Virus record (IMG/VR): IMGVR_UViG_3300028145_000004
Coordinates: 1 to 60,854 of that record
Length of the DNA stretch: 60,854 nt
Reading direction: 5' to 3' (one strand)
DNA from: a virus
Taxonomy: Duplodnaviria > Caudoviricetes
In this document: positions 47,573 to 57,551 of the stretch, in pieces
Layout: every line of letters begins with the position of its first letter
Position numbering within the stretch: position 1 is the stretch's first letter
Translations under genes and position numbers: made by a program
Notes under the pieces: model-generated
Told to the model about the DNA's origin: nothing
The model's input: only the letters and a program-made list of their open reading frames with translations
Databases searched by the model: none

Positions 47573-48091
47573 TCACGGCACACACTCGCACCGCACCCCG
47601 TTGGGGCAGGTGAGCTTCGCTGATCCCGGTGCCCACCATCTGCGCTTTGGCGCAGCGTCTACTTGCGCCTTGCGCCGACGAGATGGTCGGTCGTACTCTC
47701 CTCCATCGGTGAGTCCGTCGCTGATCCACCCTGCCGCCTTCAGGCTCGTGCCCGGTTCGTCAAGATGCGTGAACGTGTCCATCGACGTTGCTCCCATTGC
47801 TCGCGCAGCTCGCCAACAGGCTGAGTACAGCATCGAGCAGGCATTCTTGTAGCCTTCCCTAACCGCCACGCGGAGTACGCGAAGATGATCGACCTCGGGC
47901 GTGGTCTGTGTACGTGACGGCCACCCAACAAGAGCGACGCCAACCACCTCATCGCCGTGCCGTACCGAAATGCACCACATGGCGCCCTGGATGCGCGGCA
48001 GGCGTCGGTGTGTATCGCGCACGAATGACAAGGCCGTCGCTCGCTTCACTGTCCACGGGCGCAGGTGCAGCTTCACGGCAGGCACCTGCAC
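47573..48091 (-). CDS. XF1762-family Mom-like GNAT protein (putative DNA modification)
   Basis: FVRDTHRRL, VGVALVGWP, VLRVAV, KNACSMLYSACWRAARAMG, TFT..DEPGTSLKAAGW. Confidence 0.8.
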   Translation of the reverse strand: MQVPAVKLHLRPWTVKRATALSFVRDTHRRLPRIQGAMWCISVRHGDEVVGVALVGWPSRTQTTPEVDHLRVLRVAVREGYKNACSMLYSACWRAARAMGATSMDTFTHLDEPGTSLKAAGWISDGLTDGGEYDRPSRRRKAQVDAAPKRRWWAPGSAKLTCPNGVRCECVP

Positions 48092-49218
48092 TCAACCCCC
48101 GAAGGGCAGGTGAGCGTAACGCCTTCAGGGCTAGGCGACGGCGTTGCCTTGGGACTCGGCGAGGGGGATAGCGTCGGCGTCCTGCTGCCTGTCCCCGTTG
48201 GCTGCGCCGTAGGCGTGCCCGTAGGCTTTACCGTGGACGTGGGCGGCACCGCGTTCGGAAGCGGGTAGCGCCGCACCGTGTTGTCGGTCCACCCGACGTA
48301 TTCATAGGCGCTGTCGTGCGCGAGCGAGATAGGCGAGCAACCCGTTGCCACGGTGTTGATGATCGACGAAGGCGTGAGCCCGTTGACCAAGCGTAGGCGG
48401 CAATTCGCTCTGTCCGAGATGTACACCACGTTGCCCGCCGCATCGACGGCGGAGGGTTGCACGGTTGCGTTAGACGCCATGCCGCCGTCGCCTGATGCGC
48501 CTCCCCATCCTGTGCCCGCGAAGGTGGTCACGGTGTGGTCAAGGTTGTTGAGCACCATGCGGACGCGGTTGCCGCCGTACTCGGCGAGGTAGACAACGCC
48601 GTTGTCGGCAGCGCCTACTGCTCCCGGTGCCTCAAGCCACGTCTGCAAGGCGGGTAAGCCGTCGCCGTTGAAGCCCCACTTGCCTGTGCCCGCGAAGGGA
48701 ACGGTGGACGGTCCCTGATAGACTATGTTGGTGTACGACCCCCATAAGAGTAAGCCGCCGAACGCCGTCAGGCCCGAAGGTTGCACGCCCGACTGTTGAA
48801 TTATCACGAGGTTGTCCGCCGCCCGCACAATGGCGTTGCGTGAGTAGTCGGTCACGTAGGGCACGTCGTTGAGCACCGCCGCCCCGAGGCACAGCCCGAG
48901 ACTCGTGTTGATCGCCGTGTAGCTCCCCGTCGTCATGTCGTAGCGCCACAGCACGTTGCTGCCTGCCGGGTGCCCGTTGTCGCAGGCGTACAGCTTGTTG
49001 TTGCCTACCGCGATTGCGTTCAGCGAGGAGACGGCGCGGGAGACCGAGGGGCCGATCATCACTTCGCCGGGAGGGGTTTGGCCGTGGGCGGTTGCTACAC
49101 CCGCTAGGAAGCAAGCAACCACTAGGAAGATTCGCGTGATCCAATCGCCTGGTTTCCGCACATCGTAGGCAATGGAGTACAGGCAAATGAAGATCGCCAC
49201 GAACTGTAGGTTGGTCAT
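48073..49218 (-). CDS. NHL-repeat (teneurin-like) beta-propeller protein, exported
   Basis: FAGTG..GFNGDG.PA and VYISD..N.R.R repeats; N-terminal hydrophobic segments; TP/SP tail. Confidence 0.8.
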   Translation of the reverse strand: MTNLQFVAIFICLYSIAYDVRKPGDWITRIFLVVACFLAGVATAHGQTPPGEVMIGPSVSRAVSSLNAIAVGNNKLYACDNGHPAGSNVLWRYDMTTGSYTAINTSLGLCLGAAVLNDVPYVTDYSRNAIVRAADNLVIIQQSGVQPSGLTAFGGLLLWGSYTNIVYQGPSTVPFAGTGKWGFNGDGLPALQTWLEAPGAVGAADNGVVYLAEYGGNRVRMVLNNLDHTVTTFAGTGWGGASGDGGMASNATVQPSAVDAAGNVVYISDRANCRLRLVNGLTPSSIINTVATGCSPISLAHDSAYEYVGWTDNTVRRYPLPNAVPPTSTVKPTGTPTAQPTGTGSRTPTLSPSPSPKATPSPSPEGVTLTCPSGVECRCLP

Positions 49219-49520
49219 GCGGGCTCCTTCGGTGGTTCGCCACAAATCTCTGGCAACGCCTCGAACAATTTGCGCCAGTCATTCGGGCGTAACGTTTTGC
49301 GTCCGCGCTCCAAGTCGGACAGATCGACGGCTTTCACTCCGAGGCGCTGCGCCAACTCGCGCAAGCTCAAATCTGCCCCAACGCGAATGTCACGTAGGCA
49401 CTCGCCGTCTTTCGACTCGGGATACTCAGGTAGGGAGATCGTCGTGCCCGGTTTGCAAAGGTACGCCACCTCACGGTTCCCGATGGGGGCCACGTCGATG
49501 AGCTTTTCGATGAGCTTCAT
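49215..49520 (-). CDS. XRE-family HTH protein
   Basis: LRDIRVGADLSLRELAQRLGV.AVDLSDLERG. Confidence 0.8.
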   Translation of the reverse strand: MKLIEKLIDVAPIGNREVAYLCKPGTTISLPEYPESKDGECLRDIRVGADLSLRELAQRLGVKAVDLSDLERGRKTLRPNDWRKLFEALPEICGEPPKEPA

Positions 49521-49704
49521 GCCGTCTCCTTTGCGGGGCGGAAGATGAGGAGCAGAAGCCCCTCGGGAAGTGCTGTGCGCCGCACCTCGTTGCACGCATC
49601 GGCAGCGTACATCAGCCCCGTCGCAGATTCTTGCCGCATCGTGTAGTCCCCCACCTGCACCTCTTCTGCCGGGATTAGGTGTGCTTCGAGTTTCATGGAG
49701 CCTC

Positions 49705-50127
49705 CTACTTGTTGAAGTCGGGTTCCATGCGACCGAAGATCGGCGGAATGGGGTCAGGGTTAGCCCACTCATCGTTACTCAATGCGTCTTTCGTCCAATA
49801 CCCAAGCATTCCAACCACGAGGTTTTGCAGCATCGCGTCGGGATCGAAGTCCATGTCCCTGCCCTGCATGGTCGATGCCTTTACGGCGTACTTCCCGGCC
49901 TCTCGAATCGCCTGCGCGAATGCTTCGCGGCGTGGGTCGCTCGTGCCCATACGGAATGACATTGGCGGTGGCCCGCAGAACTCGGCCCCGTCACCGTAAA
50001 TCCAGTGGTCTTTTGGCAACGGGAAGCTGGCGGTTGCGAATCCGTGACCGTCAGGCAGTACGGTCATGTCATTGACCGTTCCCCCTGCTCCCTCAATCAG
50101 TTCTCGTACCTCTTTTGGTGAAGCCAT
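49705..50127 (-). CDS. Conserved phage hypothetical protein
   Basis: SFPLPKDHW, YAVKASTM.G...DFDPDAM.QN; AAGGAG Shine-Dalgarno. Confidence 0.65.
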   Translation of the reverse strand: MASPKEVRELIEGAGGTVNDMTVLPDGHGFATASFPLPKDHWIYGDGAEFCGPPPMSFRMGTSDPRREAFAQAIREAGKYAVKASTMQGRDMDFDPDAMLQNLVVGMLGYWTKDALSNDEWANPDPIPPIFGRMEPDFNK

Positions 50128-50166
50128 TGAATCGTCTCCTTTCACGCCACGTAGAATAGTTGATCG

Positions 50167-50415
50167 TCAATGCCGCCGAAGTCCGGTGCCACCGCAGGCA
50201 GAACAAGGCACCTCATCGGTTCCGTCCCACAGTGGGTCGTCTGACTCCTGCCAACCTTCGCCACCGCACCAAGTACAGTCGTGCGTATCGTCATCGTCGC
50301 TCCAGCATCGCTCATGGTAGTAGGCGCCGATGCCCACGTTGGATGCGCGGCGGTCACCGGGCTCGATCGGCGCATTGCACTCGGCGCACAATTCCTTGAG
50401 CGATGGCTCCATCAC
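50167..50415 (-). CDS. DnaJ-type zinc-finger small protein
   Basis: CTWCGGEG and CSACGGTG motifs. Confidence 0.55.
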   Translation of the reverse strand: MMEPSLKELCAECNAPIEPGDRRASNVGIGAYYHERCWSDDDDTHDCTWCGGEGWQESDDPLWDGTDEVPCSACGGTGLRRH

Positions 50416-50618
50416 TTCTCCGTGTCTCGCAGCTTCGCTTCTGCGTCCTCAAGTTGGCCGACAAGGAGAGCGAGTTCGTTCTTCGACTCTTGATCATTCT
50501 CGGATGCGTGCAGCCACTTCTTCGCGGCTTCGATGACGGCGGCGTGGGCGTCAACTACTGCATCCTCGGCATCGTTCAGTCGCTTCGCGGCACGTATCAA
50601 CTCTTGCGTTGACACCAT
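50412..50618 (-). CDS. Hypothetical coiled-coil protein
   Basis: Coupled minus-strand ORF. Confidence 0.45.
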   Translation of the reverse strand: MVSTQELIRAAKRLNDAEDAVVDAHAAVIEAAKKWLHASENDQESKNELALLVGQLEDAEAKLRDTEK

Positions 50619-50827
50619 CACGACACCCGCTTGAGCCATTCGGCGTAGAGGGCGTCGGCTGCCAGTGCGCACACTACGGCAAGCTCAACGGGGCGTTTGT
50701 CTACCGATATCCGCTCAAGGTCATCGTCAGTAGTTCGCGCCAGCGCAGCCGCCGCAAATCGGGTCCATACCTGCGAGTGCAGTGCGTCAGGATACTCCTC
50801 GTTCGGAACTTTAGGCAGCTTCACCAT
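50618..50827 (-). CDS. Hypothetical protein
   Basis: GGAGG Shine-Dalgarno; FAAAAL...ADAL motif common in phage small proteins. Confidence 0.55.
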   Translation of the reverse strand: MVKLPKVPNEEYPDALHSQVWTRFAAAALARTTDDDLERISVDKRPVELAVVCALAADALYAEWLKRVS

Positions 50828-50839
50828 TGCGTCCTCCTG

Positions 50840-51277
50840 TCACGCGAGTTGCTCAACCTGCACCGAAATGCGCGGCGCCTCGCCCTGCGCCCCATTGAGC
50901 TTGATTACCTGCGCATCGCACACTTGGCAGTCATCGAGCCACAGAACACCCTTGGCCGCGTCCTTGACTGCCTTGAGCACATTGTCGCCGTCGGGACGCT
51001 TGCAGTGCCACGTCCGACCAACTGGTTCGCGCTTGCGCCAACTCGACTTCGGCAACGTGAATCGTGCCTCGACTACCAATCGAATCGGCCCATCGAAGGG
51101 TTCGCTGCTTCCCATCGCTTCCACCATGTGCTGCTGTGCCGTTGCTTTCCAGTCGCGTGATTTCTTCGGATCGAACACGCGCACACCAATACCGCCATCT
51201 GCGCGCTTGAAGCCGAAGGCTCGCCCCCTGCCCTGCGCTACCGGCTCGCCGGGAATGATGACCACGGTGGCGCCCAT
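50840..51277 (-). CDS. rusA: RusA-family Holliday junction resolvase
   Basis: IPGEPVAQGR.R, KRPDGDNVLKAVKDA..G..W.DDCQV. Confidence 0.92.
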   Translation of the reverse strand: MGATVVIIPGEPVAQGRGRAFGFKRADGGIGVRVFDPKKSRDWKATAQQHMVEAMGSSEPFDGPIRLVVEARFTLPKSSWRKREPVGRTWHCKRPDGDNVLKAVKDAAKGVLWLDDCQVCDAQVIKLNGAQGEAPRISVQVEQLA

Positions 51278-51585
51278 ATCACTCCCCTCGCACTTCCCAC
51301 GTGAACCGCCGACCGCAGCGGGTGCAGATGCCGAAGGCAGGGTCGACGCGAGCAGAACTTTTCGTCTCGGCTTCCTTCATGACGATGACGGAGTGAAGAC
51401 CGAGCCAGCAGATGAAGCGGGCGATCATTGGCGTGTCCAAAGAGCGGCCCCAAGAAGCCCGCTCGCAACGCACACCCCGATGCCGCACCAATACACTCCG
51501 TCAAGGGGAATCGGGCAGCACCGACTGATGTTCAAGTAGGTGAAGAACGCGGTTGGCACAATCACGACCCCGGCCCCTAGGAGTT

Positions 51586-52578
51586 TCATTCGATGGCCTT
51601 TCGTGTCTCGGCAATCGCCTTGTCGGTCGCTTCTTGGATTTTGAAGCGCACATCCGTTCGCGCTGCGACACTGTACGCCTTCACCGGCACTTCGCTGCGC
51701 TCGATGAGATACCTACCGATTGCAGCCGCCTCGAACGTGCCGAGCCTCTTCAGCCGCTTCTTGATCGAAGCGTCGAGCGAGTCGTACTCCTTCGCCCCTT
51801 CCTTCAACTTCTGCCGCTGCTCGATGTCCTCAAGCAGTTGCGCGTCGTCGAAGAGTTGCAGACCTTGCCCGTAGTCGCGACTCGGCCAACACACATGGTT
51901 GAACGGGCAGCGCCCGCACACGCCCTCGTCGTAGGGAATCGGCGCCGGTTCTTCCTTGCGGTCCACGTAGCCCTTGATGCGCTCGATGCGGTTCAGGATC
52001 GCTTCCGCCTTCTCGTAGTCGAGCGGCACCGGAATCCACCGGAGCAGTCCGCTGACCTTGTTCTTCGCAACGATCACGCCCGTGGGCAGTTCGTCGAGCA
52101 GTTCGTAAAGATACAGTTGGTCGAGGTAGCCGCGAACGTAGTAGGCGTCAGCGTGCTTCAAGTCCTCCAGCGTCGCGATCTTGTCCCACGTGTACGGCGC
52201 CATCGACTTGATTTCGAGAACAAGCGGTTGCTCGAACCGCTCGCCACGGAAGCCGACGACGCGCCCGTCCGGTCTGCCGCTGATCGTCGCGTCCTTCACG
52301 ACGTACTGCACGGGGCGATCGCTCTCGCGCGTGATCTGGAACCCCATCGCCTCCATTCGCTTGTAGACATCGGGCGCGTGCAAGTTGCCCTCGTCGAACA
52401 CGCTCTGCAAACCCCATGTGTGCGGCTTCTGATCCTCCCACCGTGTGAACCTGAATGTGAGAAAGCGGTCGCAGGGGTGGCCGACCTGACTCGGGGCAAA
52501 AGAGCGTGCGGGATACACGCCGATTCGCCGCTGAAGTGTTTCCTTTTGCGCTTCGTCGAATACTTCTGGCGTCAACAT
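51586..52578 (-). CDS. Cas4-like PD-(D/E)XK exonuclease with Fe-S cluster cysteines (recombination)
   Basis: PSQVGHPCDR, GNLH, SGRPDG, LEIKS, QLYLY, CGRCPFNHVC. Confidence 0.85.
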   Translation of the reverse strand: MLTPEVFDEAQKETLQRRIGVYPARSFAPSQVGHPCDRFLTFRFTRWEDQKPHTWGLQSVFDEGNLHAPDVYKRMEAMGFQITRESDRPVQYVVKDATISGRPDGRVVGFRGERFEQPLVLEIKSMAPYTWDKIATLEDLKHADAYYVRGYLDQLYLYELLDELPTGVIVAKNKVSGLLRWIPVPLDYEKAEAILNRIERIKGYVDRKEEPAPIPYDEGVCGRCPFNHVCWPSRDYGQGLQLFDDAQLLEDIEQRQKLKEGAKEYDSLDASIKKRLKRLGTFEAAAIGRYLIERSEVPVKAYSVAARTDVRFKIQEATDKAIAETRKAIE

Positions 52579-52734
52579 GGTTTCTGCCCCAACTCCTTCG
52601 CGCACTCCGCGCACAACCGAAGGTGTACACGGTGCAGCTTCATGATCCATTTCACCTTGTTCTTGTCGCAGCCGTCGCAGATGCGGTAGGTGTCCGTTGA
52701 CCGCCACGCCTGCACGAACTCGAACGGCACTCCC

Positions 52735-53847
52735 TCACTCCCTCGCATCCGAAGTAGCCAGCGCCGTCCTGTTCAGATCCTCGTCGCTCGCAGCTTCCAC
52801 CGTCGCAAGCATCTTCTCGTCCAGGTCGCCGATTGCACGCTTGCCCGTGATTGCTTCGAGGATGTCTCCCCAGTTGGTTCCCGTCTCGTTCGCGATCTTC
52901 GACAGCCGCTTCCATGTCTCGGTGCGCCTCTCGGCTAGGGGCTTGGCGTTGGATGGGGTTGGTTCGCCGGTCTCTTTCGCCTGCTCCTTCGTCTTCGTGC
53001 GCTTCTCGATCTCGGCAGTCAGGGCAGCGATCATGCGCTCGTTATTCTTCTTGAACTTCGCCTTGGACTCGTCGGTCAAGTCCTTCTGCGCGGCCTTGAG
53101 GTAGTAGGCCAAGTCCTTGTCGGTCTGTTCGGCAATTGACTTGTCTTTGCCAGCACCCCATTTTATGACGATCTCGCTGCCGCCCGTGCTTGCGCCTGTG
53201 GACTCGCCGCCCTTGCTGCCCTTGGCGTAGTCGACGAACTGCACCTTCTTGGTGTCCAGTCCGCACTCGGCGAGCAAATCGAGGGGCACACCGCCGAGGC
53301 CACCGAGCTGACGCACCGCACGCCCATGAGTGTTCGCCCAGCTCGCCTTGCGGATGTCTACGGGATCGGGCCGCTCCCCGTCCTGCAAGCCCTTCTGGAA
53401 GAACTTGTCGCCGCTCCATCGCGAGCCTTCCACGTAGTCGAGGCGCTCGCCTGTGGTGCGGCATGTCGCTTCCGCGATCATGTGGTAGGCAAACGTGCCG
53501 TCGGGGAAGTCTTCGCGCTCGATTGCGGGTGCGCCTACCTGAATACCCCACACCTTGCCTGCGCGCTCTGCGCCGATGTCTTGCAGGTAGCACCGTTGCG
53601 CAAGGATTGTGCCTTCGCTGTCGCGCGATACATGGCATATCCAGTCGCTCGGCTGCGTCGCCTTGATCGACGCACGGCGCAACTTGTCGAGCACGTTGAT
53701 GAGCGTGTCGATTCGAGCAAGTGCCTTGTCTTCACCTTCCTCGATCCAGCGTTCGACCACCGACTGCGCGGGCTGATCCCGCACCTGAAGGTCGGTCGAT
53801 CCCAAATCACCAGCTACTACTGATTCTGTTGTCACTTCCCACTCCAT
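52735..53847 (-). CDS. Putative single-strand annealing / recombination protein
   Basis: Adjacent to the exonuclease; GAER, DIRKAS.AN..GRAV motifs; function inferred from context. Confidence 0.5.
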   Translation of the reverse strand: MEWEVTTESVVAGDLGSTDLQVRDQPAQSVVERWIEEGEDKALARIDTLINVLDKLRRASIKATQPSDWICHVSRDSEGTILAQRCYLQDIGAERAGKVWGIQVGAPAIEREDFPDGTFAYHMIAEATCRTTGERLDYVEGSRWSGDKFFQKGLQDGERPDPVDIRKASWANTHGRAVRQLGGLGGVPLDLLAECGLDTKKVQFVDYAKGSKGGESTGASTGGSEIVIKWGAGKDKSIAEQTDKDLAYYLKAAQKDLTDESKAKFKKNNERMIAALTAEIEKRTKTKEQAKETGEPTPSNAKPLAERRTETWKRLSKIANETGTNWGDILEAITGKRAIGDLDEKMLATVEAASDEDLNRTALATSDARE

Positions 53848-54452
53848 TTCTGCCACAAATGCGTCGTGGCTCTCACATCTCCAAGACAATACTCCGCCAA
53901 CTGCGCCGTCTTGCCCTCGGCGAACAACTGAGCGACGTTCGACCCGTCGCCGCCCGTCTTCGGTGACTCCACCCCGTAAGCGATGCAGAACGCCTCGAGG
54001 CTGTACTTCCCCATCGCGCCGCCGAAGGTCAATGCGTTGAGCAGGTCGACGTGCGGCCTCAACTCCCACGGCTTTTGCCACGCAGACGACGTGAACAGCT
54101 TGGCCGGTTCGATGCCGTTGATCTTGCTTCGATGGATGATCGTGGGCACATCGAATGACCGTCCCGCAAAAGTCAACAGCCCGTCGTACTTGTCAACGGT
54201 TTTGTTGACCTTCGCGAGCAGGTCCGCCTCGTCCACGCAGAGCACGATGACTTCGCTCGGCGCCATCATCTCCCCGACCACGAAGCACTGCATCCCGCCC
54301 GTGTCCGTGTTCTGCATTCCGACGCAGACCACTTGAGCGAGCGGCGGGCACAGCGACGCGAACGTCACCGGGTCCATGTCCCGCTTCGCTGCCATTGCGG
54401 CGATTCGGTCGTTGTTGATGGAGGGTACGCTCTCAATGTCCAAACACAGCAT
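53832..54452 (-). CDS. DEDD 3'-5' exonuclease (PolB-exo-like)
   Basis: CLDIESVP, LLTFAGRSFDVP, HVDL, SLE, EYCLGDV. Confidence 0.88.
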   Translation of the reverse strand: MLCLDIESVPSINNDRIAAMAAKRDMDPVTFASLCPPLAQVVCVGMQNTDTGGMQCFVVGEMMAPSEVIVLCVDEADLLAKVNKTVDKYDGLLTFAGRSFDVPTIIHRSKINGIEPAKLFTSSAWQKPWELRPHVDLLNALTFGGAMGKYSLEAFCIAYGVESPKTGGDGSNVAQLFAEGKTAQLAEYCLGDVRATTHLWQKWSGK

Positions 54453-54952
54453 ATCGTGTCTCCCGTGCCGCGTTCCGTTACACCCGAACGGCACCCGTAG
54501 TCAAGGGTCGGTTGACCTGTTCGAGGCGTAGGGACACACCTGCTCCATCCACGCCGGATCAACCTCCAACTCGCACCCGTCGCACTGTGGGCAGGGCCGG
54601 AAGCTCTCAACTACCACCTTCCAGAACACCTGCCCGCAGGTGCGGCACCGCAGGCGCATTGAGTCTTTCATCGTTCGGTTCCTCCCATAACCTCGGGTAA
54701 GCAGGCGTCGCAAAGTAGCTCCACGCGCCCGTACTTCCGCACGATCTCCACGCTTGCAGCGGGCACCCGCACCGCCGCCTTGCAGCGACAGCACCTCGCA
54801 GGCGTCGTCACACGCTTGCAGATCAGCAGCGCAGGCGACCGTTCAGGCATCGTTTTCGACCGTTCAGCCCGTGACATCTTGTCAATACTTTTTGCGCGCC
54901 CTAAGAAGCAGTTAGGAGTTGTGGTCAAGTTTCCCTGCAACAACGGCTTGCA

Positions 54953-55168
54953 TCAGCCTTCCAACCGCCTGAGCAAGTGAACTCTCTTCCTAACCGCCTC
55001 CGCAGCAGCCTTACCCGCGCTCTCTTCGATCAAATCCAGGGACACGTACAGGCGCTCCGCTTCCGACACGAGTACGCCGGGAGCCGCAGACGTTACCTGC
55101 CCTCTCGACCTCTCGTGCTCACGCTTGGCGACGCAGATGTGCAGCAGACCTTCCGCGAGTTGTCTCAT
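54953..55168 (-). CDS. Hypothetical protein
   Basis: GAGGGG Shine-Dalgarno; early-region context. Confidence 0.4.
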   Translation of the reverse strand: MRQLAEGLLHICVAKREHERSRGQVTSAAPGVLVSEAERLYVSLDLIEESAGKAAAEAVRKRVHLLRRLEG

Positions 55169-55475
55169 TTCATCCCCCTCACTTTCTCACGGCAGCAGCG
55201 CCGCCGCGAAGCCTACGCCCATTGCAAACCAGAACACGTACCACGCGAGTTGAAGGCGGGTTGTCATAGCGCCCTCGATACGGCTTCACTCAGCCGTGCC
55301 CTGATGCTGTTGTCTCCGGCGCACAACGGCTTCCCGCCTTGCGCCTTGTCCCACAGCCATCGTTGACGGCGCGTGAACGTCGCGAAGCTGATGCGGTCTG
55401 CCATCATCGCATCGACGTTGCGGCGAATCAGTGCCGCGATGCGCTCGCCGTGCTCCCTGACGCTTCGGCTTCTGA

Positions 55476-55947
55476 TCATTTGGAACGCTCCAAGAGTTCG
55501 GCGCTGTCGATGTCCGACACGATGTCCTCTGCATCGCCCGTCTCCTCGCCGTCCAACTCGCCGTGATGCACTGCGTCGAGTAGACGCTTGAGCGCCTTCA
55601 GCGCCCCCACCAAGCGGGCTTCGAGGGCGTCGCGTTCTTTGCGTAGCTCCATGCACCATTGAAACCGGGCCATCGCCTTCCCTACCGCTGCCGACTGTCC
55701 GCGTTCATTCACGGCGTTGACAATCAATTGCGCGTTTGCCCAATTCCGTGAAGATTCAGCGCCGCAATTCGCGATCAAGCCACCTTCGGGGCCATCATCG
55801 AAAATGCCGTAAAATACCTTGTGCGATCCCGCGAGGGGTGCGACATGCCACGGACGCGGGGCCGCTTCGCTGGTTGGTGGATCGTTCACCATTGGCGCCG
55901 CTTCCTCCCCCATCGCCGCGTTGATCTCCGCAACGACTTCTTCGAGG
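55476..55947 (-). CDS. Phage hypothetical protein, 5' end possibly cut by the transposon
   Basis: PRPWHV...IANC...ANAQLIVNAVN motif; the frame runs into the transposon left end. Confidence 0.5.
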
Positions 55948-55965
55948 GGCTTTGCCCAACATTCC

Positions 55966-57276
55966 CTAAGCAACCGGTAACTGTTGGGCAGCCCCAATCG
56001 TTCCCTGCGACGCTGCCGGAATTGTTGGGCAGATGAACTTGTCCAAGGTCGGCGTGATTCCCAATTCGAAGGCTTCGTGAATCAAGCATCTGACATTATG
56101 GACGAGAACCAGCAACAGCGCCTCATTTCGCTGCGCGACTGGCGTCTTGCTGCGCAGGGTATCCGACACGCACCGCTTGATCATGCTGAACGTTGTTTCG
56201 ACGTTGCTCCTGCGATGATAGTGCTCAAGGAACTCTTCACGGTGCAAGCTGAAGAAGTGATAGAGGCGCGTCCAAGCTGGCGTTGACGGGCTCTTGTGCG
56301 ACTTCGAAACTGCCTTAGCAGTCGACTTGAACGGAATGAACGGAACCGCGCCGACCTTCTCAGTGATCGCAAGGTTTGCGTGGCTGGAATACGCCTTGTC
56401 CGCGCTGATTTCCTTCATGTCGAAATCCTCGGCGGCTTTCTCGACCAGCGGCCCGAACTCGACCGGATCGCTGTAGCGGTGGTCGGTCACTTTGCAGGCT
56501 GCGACGATGTTGGTTCGGGTGCCAACGAGCGCGTGCAAGGTGAGGTAATCGCGGCGGGTGCGATCCTCGCCATATTTGTTGCTGAAGTGTCGGTAGAAAT
56601 TCCCGGTTCCAATGCCCGTCGAATCGACTGCGAATTGAGTTTCAATTGAAGCGAGCGGCTTTGCCGTTGCCGTGATGAGTTCGTGCAGGATCGGCGTCAT
56701 GGCTTCCAGTGCCATGTAGTTGAAGATGCTGTTGTAGCAGGGCGCCTGCGTCACGAGTCCCTTGCTCTCGGCATCGCGCATGTCCGTCATGAAGCGGCGA
56801 GCGGAGAAGCCTGAGTAAACCTTGTAAGCCGCGCTGAAGATCATGTCCGAAAGCGGGATGAAGCGACGACCAGCGCCCCTCTGCTCCGGCGTCGCGATGT
56901 CCTTCGTGAGGTCATGCAGAAGCTTACAGAAATACTCTTTCTCGCTGCACTGCGCCTTGTGGTAGGCGCCCCAATTCGGTTGACCGTACGTGACGCGGAC
57001 AGCCGTGGTCTCCGTCGTCGTCGTGCTGACGGTGCCGTCTGGCTTTGTCTCGGTGACGGTTTCGCGAAACAGCGTGAACTGCACGGCCCATCCGTGTTTG
57101 CAAATCGTCCCGCGAAGTTCGAAGTCAGGACACGAGCAACGCGGCCCGTCTGGCGTCATGCTGACGGCATATCTGCCCTTCAGCGATTGCGACGGGACCG
57201 CCCACGTTCCATCCGGCTTCTGGGTCAGGTTTACGGTCGCCGCGATTTCGAGTCCCTTCTGTCGTCGTTCGTCCAT
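55966..57276 (-). CDS. DDE transposase (IS4/IS5 superfamily) with N-terminal SWIM zinc finger
   Basis: CSCPDF...CKH; FAVDSTG, SADKAY, YHRRSNVETTFSMIK (Y-R-E-K signature). Confidence 0.92.
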   Translation of the reverse strand: MDERRQKGLEIAATVNLTQKPDGTWAVPSQSLKGRYAVSMTPDGPRCSCPDFELRGTICKHGWAVQFTLFRETVTETKPDGTVSTTTTETTAVRVTYGQPNWGAYHKAQCSEKEYFCKLLHDLTKDIATPEQRGAGRRFIPLSDMIFSAAYKVYSGFSARRFMTDMRDAESKGLVTQAPCYNSIFNYMALEAMTPILHELITATAKPLASIETQFAVDSTGIGTGNFYRHFSNKYGEDRTRRDYLTLHALVGTRTNIVAACKVTDHRYSDPVEFGPLVEKAAEDFDMKEISADKAYSSHANLAITEKVGAVPFIPFKSTAKAVSKSHKSPSTPAWTRLYHFFSLHREEFLEHYHRRSNVETTFSMIKRCVSDTLRSKTPVAQRNEALLLVLVHNVRCLIHEAFELGITPTLDKFICPTIPAASQGTIGAAQQLPVA

Positions 57277-57383
57277 GCGCTCTCTCCTGTGTACGCATGG
57301 ATATGTACCTCACAGGTACAGCCTGGTCAATACCTGTTGGGTAAATAGTTGCGGGTATATAGCGGCGGTGATATAGGGGCGCC

Positions 57384-57527
57384 ATGGGCAAGGTTAAGCG
57401 TACAGTGACGTTCTTCGTCTGCGAGCGATGCGAACACGAGTGGATACCGAAGGACCCGGACGACCCGCCGAGGGTGTGCCCTCGGTGCAAGTCGCCGTAC
57501 TGGGATCGGCCGCGGCGAACGTCGTAA
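57384..57527 (+). CDS. Small zinc-ribbon protein (47 aa) divergent from the transposase
   Basis: Manual translation: MGKVKRTVTFFVCERCEHEWIPKDPDDPPRVCPRCKSPYWDRPRRTS. Confidence 0.7.
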   Translation: MGKVKRTVTFFVCERCEHEWIPKDPDDPPRVCPRCKSPYWDRPRRTS

Positions 57528-57551
57528 GCGTCGCCGCATTGACTGAAAAGG

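Noticed and set aside
51586-52578. Cas4 as part of a CRISPR-Cas system
   Set aside because: No cas1/cas2 or array is present; it lies in a phage recombination module with RusA and an exonuclease.
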